Source: Candidatus Eiseniibacteriota bacterium
GTDB taxonomy: Bacteria > Eisenbacteria > RBG-16-71-46 > CAIMUX01 > VGJL01
Length of the DNA: 64,000 nt
Direction: 5' to 3'
NCBI GenBank assembly: GCA_963792585.1
Contig: CAWBWI010000003.1
Location: 160,001 to 224,000, forward strand
Shown here: positions 58,982-64,000 of the stretch, in pieces
How positions within the stretch are numbered: the stretch's first letter is position 1
How the letters are laid out: every line of letters begins with the position of its first letter
The notes under the pieces: model-generated
Told to the model about the DNA's origin: nothing
Databases searched by the model: none
What the model saw: only the letters and a program-made list of their open reading frames with translations
Made by a program: the position numbers and the translations under genes

Positions 58982-60155
58982 TCAGCGCTCATCCAGAACG
59001 ACGATTCTCCTGGCCTCGACTCGCCCTCCCGAGCGCGCTCGAACCCAGTAAGTCCCCCTCGACAAAGGCTTGCGTACGCCCGGGATCGCATTCCAGGCAA
59101 CGAGCTGCTGCGCGGACGACGCGGGCACGACAAAGGATCGAATCCGCCTCCCCGCCACATCGATGACCTCGATGTTCCAGGGAACGTCGCTCTGGGCGAG
59201 TCGGAACGAGGGCGAACCCGCCAGAGCTGGATTGGGGCAGACGCCGAAGCGCTCTGCCGACGCATCAGGGGCATCGACCGCCGAACTCCCTTGACCGTCC
59301 AGCGCCACGTCGGTCCACCGCTGCCTCGGCGCATCGAAGACGTGGGCCCGGATCTCGGACCATACAATGCCTACCTGCCCGGATGCGCTCCCGCCCTGGA
59401 TCGTGTCCTGAGGGTCGGTGAGAGCAAACCAGCCATCCGCAGAGTCGACAAAGACATGAGCTTCGTGCGCCCCCCACAGGATGGCAACGTCTCCGCCACC
59501 TTGCTCGTCCGCGCTCGCACCGGTGGCATCGGTGAGTGTCGTCGGGATCCACGTATTCAAGCCCGAATCGAAGGCGACCGCCTCGTGCTGAGTCCAGATC
59601 AGGGCAATCTCGTCCAGGACCAGTCCATTGAGTACGGGCTCTGCTAGCTCGTAGCATGTCCACTGGCCGGAGCCGGGATTGAATGCCAATGCGCGCTGCG
59701 TCGTCCAGACGATTGCGTAGTCGCCGGTCGAACCTCCTCCCAAGGCGGACTCTCCAGGCAGAAGATCGATCCCCCTCCAGGAAGCCCAGATGGTGGCAAT
59801 CCCGTATGCCGCGCAGTCGGTCCAGAAGACGACAATGGCGCCGCGCGCGTCGGATCCGAGGTAGCTGCCCGCATAGGGGGGATGAGAACCACCGGTTGGA
59901 AACGCCGTTGAACGCGTAGGCGCGCGTTGTGGTGACCACCGCGCCAAGATAGTCCCCCACGGAGAGCCCCACCACGTCGCCCGAGAGAGGGGCATCGACC
60001 CAGCAGGCGGAATCCGGAAAAACGCTGTAGCCGTATGCATGTGTCCCCGTGGCCACGATCGTGATGGCGCCGCGGCCGACACCCTGCGCGTGGGCGCTCG
60101 AGGATAGAATCGTGATCAGCAGCAGGGTCGCGATTCCAGCGAGAGGGCGCTTCAT
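58982..60155 (-). CDS. Secreted repeat (probable beta-propeller) protein with FlgD-like tail, frameshifted near 59880
   Basis: Signal peptide MKRPLAGIATLLLITILSSSAHA. Removing one base from the G6 run (59876-59881) joins ...NRWFSSP to YAGSYLG.... Seven ~40-aa repeats; C-terminal CPNP...IDVAGRRIR...GTYWVR. Confidence 0.7.
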
Positions 60156-60668
60156 GGGATTCCCCCGGTTGCGGTCGGTTACGAGGCCTTGCGGGGCCCA
60201 TGCCTCCCATCGAGTGGGCTTTCCCTATGGGGATCGGCAGAATGGCGGAAAATCTCCACTTTATCTCGCGCCAAGACGCGCATTGGATCTCTATAACATA
60301 TTGCTTTCAAATGTGTTATGGGAACTCCACGATCCCGCGAAAGCGCCTGCTGATGCGTTCTTCTCGCGAAGACGGCGTCACCCGCGTGCCGGCCCCGCGT
60401 GTCGCCGCAGCGGCGCATGAGCCCCTGATCCCCGCGAAGCGCGAGCTCCAGGTCGCCGACGCCATGCCGAGAGGCTCCTCATCCAGCTGGAAGCAGTGAC
60501 TCGCGCAACCCGCTTGGTTACAGGTGGTTGGGAGCCCGGAGCGGATGCGTCACCCGGAATCGACGCCGATGACCCCCTCGGAGGATATTGCGGTTATACT
60601 CACCCATCGGGTGCCGCGACATGCGGCGGAAAAGCCCACAAGGGGACAATCACGGGAAGGGAGTGGGG

Positions 60669-61421
60669 ATGTCGGCACACAAGAATCTCAGCAGGGGAGT
60701 CGTCCTGGGTCTCTTCATGGCCTGCGCAGCGATCGCGGCACCAGGGGTCAGCCTGGTCGTGGACGGCGACTTCGGCCTTGGGAAGTCGAGCGGTGATCTA
60801 CGAAAGGACTCCAAGGGAGCGGACTGGTACGAGAGCCGCCGAGACGGGGTTGGGCACAAGCTGCTCTTCCTGAGCAAGAAACCTATCACCGGCAACGTCA
60901 CGCCAAAGGCGTTGGTTCGCGGCAACACCAAGGTGAATACCTACCTCTCGCAGCCCTTTACCGCTCCGCAGAAGGGTGATTTCACGATCCAATACGACAT
61001 CCTGGTCAAAGAGATCATGCAGCCGGCCAACCACTCCGCGTTCTTCATGGTCGGAAACTCGAAGGACAAGAAGGGCGGTCCCAATTCCACCGGCACCGAA
61101 CGCTTCGTCTTTCTTGGATTCGAAAACGCTGCGGCAGGAAAGATGAACCTCTTCGCCCGGCCGGGAAAGACCGACTGGAGCCAGAAGAAGACCGTCGCAG
61201 CCGGCCTTGATTTGAACAAATGGTATACGGTCGAGATCAAGGTCCGGACATCTGCAGGCAAGTACGACGTCATGGTGAAGGGTCTCACCCCCGCGCCCGT
61301 GGAGGTCGATGCATTCGCCGCTTCCGGAAAGGCGCCGAAGGAGCTGACGCACCTCAGCTTCGCCTCCTGGAATGACGGCCCGGGAACCTTCTACGTCGAT
61401 AACGTCGTCGTTCATCCTTAG
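60669..61421 (+). CDS. Exported Lys-rich hypothetical protein (possible concanavalin-A-like beta-sandwich)
   Basis: Signal peptide; LVVDGDF...NKWYTVEIKV...GKYDV...GTFYVDNVVV pattern; GGGAG RBS. Confidence 0.7.
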   Translation: MSAHKNLSRGVVLGLFMACAAIAAPGVSLVVDGDFGLGKSSGDLRKDSKGADWYESRRDGVGHKLLFLSKKPITGNVTPKALVRGNTKVNTYLSQPFTAPQKGDFTIQYDILVKEIMQPANHSAFFMVGNSKDKKGGPNSTGTERFVFLGFENAAAGKMNLFARPGKTDWSQKKTVAAGLDLNKWYTVEIKVRTSAGKYDVMVKGLTPAPVEVDAFAASGKAPKELTHLSFASWNDGPGTFYVDNVVVHP

Positions 61422-64000
61422 TGGGACGCGCGGGGGCGCGCCGCTAGCAAACGAGCGCGCCCTCGCCGAAGATCTCTCCCGAATCCTCTCCCCCGACCGG
61501 GTCCTCGCGCGACCTATCCAGAGGATCGCGTGGGCATTCGATGCGAGCTTCTATCGCCTGATTCCACGCGCCGTCGTCTTCCCCAAGACCATTGACGAGG
61601 TCCGCTCGATCTTCCGCTTCAGTCGGACGCGACGGATCCCCATGACATTCCGCAGCGCGGGCACGAGCCTCTCCGGACAGGCCGTCAGCGACGGGATTCT
61701 TGTCGAAGTCGCCCGCCACTGGCGACGGGCTCGCGTCGAGGACGACGGGAAATCGATTCGCGTGCAGCCTGGTGTCATCGGTGCCCATGCCAACCTCTCG
61801 CTTCGTCCTTACAAGCGAAAGATCGGACCCGATCCGGCCTCCCTCTCCACCTGCACGCTTGGCGGTATCCTCGCCAATAACTCGAGTGGAATGTGTTGCG
61901 GCGTCACCCGGAACGCTTACCACACGATCCGCTCGATGACGTTCCTACTTCCCTCGGGGACGCAGATCGACACGTCCGATCCGGACGCCGACGTGATCTT
62001 GCGACGCGAGGAACCGGCGTTGACGCGCGGCCTCCTCGATCTCCGGCGAGAGATTCTATCGAACGAATCTCTCTCTGCAAGAATCCGCGCGAAATACCGG
62101 TCGAAGAACACGACGGGGTACTCCCTCAATGCGTTCCTCGACTTCGAGCGCCCGGTCGAGATCCTGCGCAACCTCCTGATCGGATCCGAAGGGACCCTTG
62201 CCTTCATCGCCGAAGCAGTGCTCGAGACCATGGCGGATATGCCGATCAAGCGAACCGGCCTGCTCCTCTTCGCCGATCTGCACACCGCATGCGCCGCGAT
62301 CCCCGCACTGCGCGATGCCGGCGCGGAGGCCGTCGAGTTGATGGACCGAGCGGCGCTGCGATCCGTCGAGACACAGGCGGGAGTACCGGAAGCCATTCGA
62401 TCCTTGCCCGAGGGGGCCGCGGGTCTCCTGGTCGAGTTCCAGGCGGCCGGCGAGGCCGATCGGCCGGAACTCGAGAGGATGGCGGACGCGTCGACTCCGC
62501 GGAACCTGATTTGTCCGCCGCGCTTCACCTCGGATTCCCGGGAGCAAGCCCTCCTCTGGAAGGTGCGTCAGGGAATGCTGCCTTCCGTCGGGGCCGTCCG
62601 AAAGAGCGGCACGAGCGCGATCATCGAGGATGTCGCCTTCCCGGTCGATCGGCTGGCAGACGCTGCAGTCGATCTGACCGCCCTCTTCCGAAAGCACGGT
62701 TACGGGGATGCGATCATCTTCGGCCACGCGAAGGACGGCAACCTCCACTTCCTCATCTCCCAGTCGTTCTCGGGCCCGAAGGAGATCGACCGCTACGCGC
62801 GCTTCATGGATGACCTCGTCGAACTCGTCGTGGGGCGCTATGACGGCGCGCTCAAGGCCGAGCACGGGACGGGCCGCAACATGGCGCCCTTCGTCGAGGC
62901 CGAATGGGGCGGCGAGGCCCTCGCAATCATGAGACGCCTCAAGGGCCTGATCGATCCCGACGATCTTCTGAATCCAGGAGTGATCGTCAACCCCGACCCC
63001 AAAGCGCATCTGCGGAACCTGAAGAACCTCCCCCCGGTGGAAGTGGAAGTCGATCGATGTATCGAGTGCGGCTATTGCGAACCGGTCTGTCCCAGCCGCG
63101 AACTCACCCTGACCCCCCGGCAACGGATCGTTGTCCGGCGAGAACTCGCAAGACTCGAGATCGAAGGCGTCGGGCGTCGCGCCATCGAGTCGATCCGGCG
63201 GGAGTACCCATACCAGGCCGTCGACACGTGCGCCGCTGATGGACTCTGCGCGACCGCATGTCCGGTCGGCATCGACACTGGCGATCTCACCAAGCGGCTT
63301 CGCCATCTCGCCCATTCATCGGCGACCGAGGATATCGCGCGCGGCCTCGCCGAGAACTTCTCCGCGGTCGAGAGCGCCGTCCGTCTCGCGCTCCGCGCAG
63401 GCCACTTCGCGCGAGCCGTCTTCGGACCTCGCGGCATCGTCCAGCCGACGCGACTCGGGGCAATGCTGCTACGACGGCCCCTCTGGCAATGGATCGAACC
63501 CATGCCCCGCGCCGCAGGTGCACGACTGCCTCGAACCGACCGCCTCTCGGCCGTCGCCGTCTACTTCCCCTCGTGCGTCGCAAGGGTTATGGGCGGCCTT
63601 CCGGGAGAACCAGCCGACATGTCGCAGATCGATGCCTTCGTCCGAATCGCCGGACGCGCGTCCCGCCCAATCTGGATTCCCCCCGACGTGCGAGGGATCT
63701 GTTGCGGCGTCCCATTCTCCTCGAAGGGATTCGATGAGGCGCACGCCATCGCCGTCAACCGCGCGATCGGGCGCTTCTGGAAATGGTCGAGCGAGGGATC
63801 GCTTCCGATCGTCGTGGACACGAGCCCGTGTACTCTGGGAATGCGCACCTGCAGGTCGGCTTTGTCGGTTGAGAACCGCGCCCGCTTCGATCGCCTCCGG
63901 ATTCTCGACTCAATCGAGTTCGCCCACGACGAGTTGATGCCGAGACTGACCGTGACCGACCGCGCGCACCGAATCGCCCTCCATCCCGTTTGCTCGGTCG
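61372..64000 (+). CDS. FAD-binding and (Fe-S)-binding oxidoreductase (D-lactate dehydrogenase Dld-II-like), runs off the window end
   Basis: Own translation, absent from the ORF track: DASFYRLIP, FRSAGTSLSGQ, GPDPAS, NNSSGMCCG, GSEGTL, FGHAKDGNLHF, LKAEHGTGRNMAPFV, CIECGYCEPVCPS, CAADGLCATACP, CCG. Start uncertain (ATG 61372, or GTG 61421 with a 1-nt indel). Confidence 0.9.
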   Translation, partial: MTAREPSTSITSSFILSGTRGGAPLANERALAEDLSRILSPDRVLARPIQRIAWAFDASFYRLIPRAVVFPKTIDEVRSIFRFSRTRRIPMTFRSAGTSLSGQAVSDGILVEVARHWRRARVEDDGKSIRVQPGVIGAHANLSLRPYKRKIGPDPASLSTCTLGGILANNSSGMCCGVTRNAYHTIRSMTFLLPSGTQIDTSDPDADVILRREEPALTRGLLDLRREILSNESLSARIRAKYRSKNTTGYSLNAFLDFERPVEILRNLLIGSEGTLAFIAEAVLETMADMPIKRTGLLLFADLHTACAAIPALRDAGAEAVELMDRAALRSVETQAGVPEAIRSLPEGAAGLLVEFQAAGEADRPELERMADASTPRNLICPPRFTSDSREQALLWKVRQGMLPSVGAVRKSGTSAIIEDVAFPVDRLADAAVDLTALFRKHGYGDAIIFGHAKDGNLHFLISQSFSGPKEIDRYARFMDDLVELVVGRYDGALKAEHGTGRNMAPFVEAEWGGEALAIMRRLKGLIDPDDLLNPGVIVNPDPKAHLRNLKNLPPVEVEVDRCIECGYCEPVCPSRELTLTPRQRIVVRRELARLEIEGVGRRAIESIRREYPYQAVDTCAADGLCATACPVGIDTGDLTKRLRHLAHSSATEDIARGLAENFSAVESAVRLALRAGHFARAVFGPRGIVQPTRLGAMLLRRPLWQWIEPMPRAAGARLPRTDRLSAVAVYFPSCVARVMGGLPGEPADMSQIDAFVRIAGRASRPIWIPPDVRGICCGVPFSSKGFDEAHAIAVNRAIGRFWKWSSEGSLPIVVDTSPCTLGMRTCRSALSVENRARFDRLRILDSIEFAHDELMPRLTVTDRAHRIALHPVCSV

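Overview
GC-rich, gene-dense bacterial chromosomal window with about 47 CDS and no rRNA, tRNA or CRISPR array that I can recognise. Seven proteins carry a signal peptide plus a C-terminal FlgD-Ig / T9SS-type-A-like tail (PNP..T.I.F....D..GR.VR.L....WDG....G..L..G.Y). This pattern suggests a non-Bacteroidota FCB-type lineage such as Eisenbacteria, Krumholzibacteriota or Latescibacterota (inference). Peptide and amino-acid catabolism is prominent: PPAD/agmatine deiminase, C25 gingipain-like protease, M28, two M20 peptidases, Pip, a TldD/E pair and a 2-oxoacid:ferredoxin oxidoreductase. Housekeeping genes include nadA, hisC, a CDF, an MFS, an ABC exporter and a FAD/Fe-S lactate dehydrogenase-like gene. 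Signalling genes include PilT next to a DUF4388-fused degenerate PilT, a GAF/CheW-like protein, HDOD and EAL-HDOD. The most notable items are: (i) an ECF sigma/cupin anti-sigma pair divergent from a DUF4331-CTD / DUF4198 / HupE-UreJ operon, with two matching AATCC-N17-CGTA promoters; (ii) a complete 1372-bp IS1-like element with 22-bp TIRs and a 9-bp target duplication that rebuilds the host gene's stop codon; (iii) the PilT / pseudo-PilT pair. At least six genes are broken by single-base indels in or beside homopolymer runs, most likely long-read assembly errors. All family assignments come from motif recognition by eye, not database searches.
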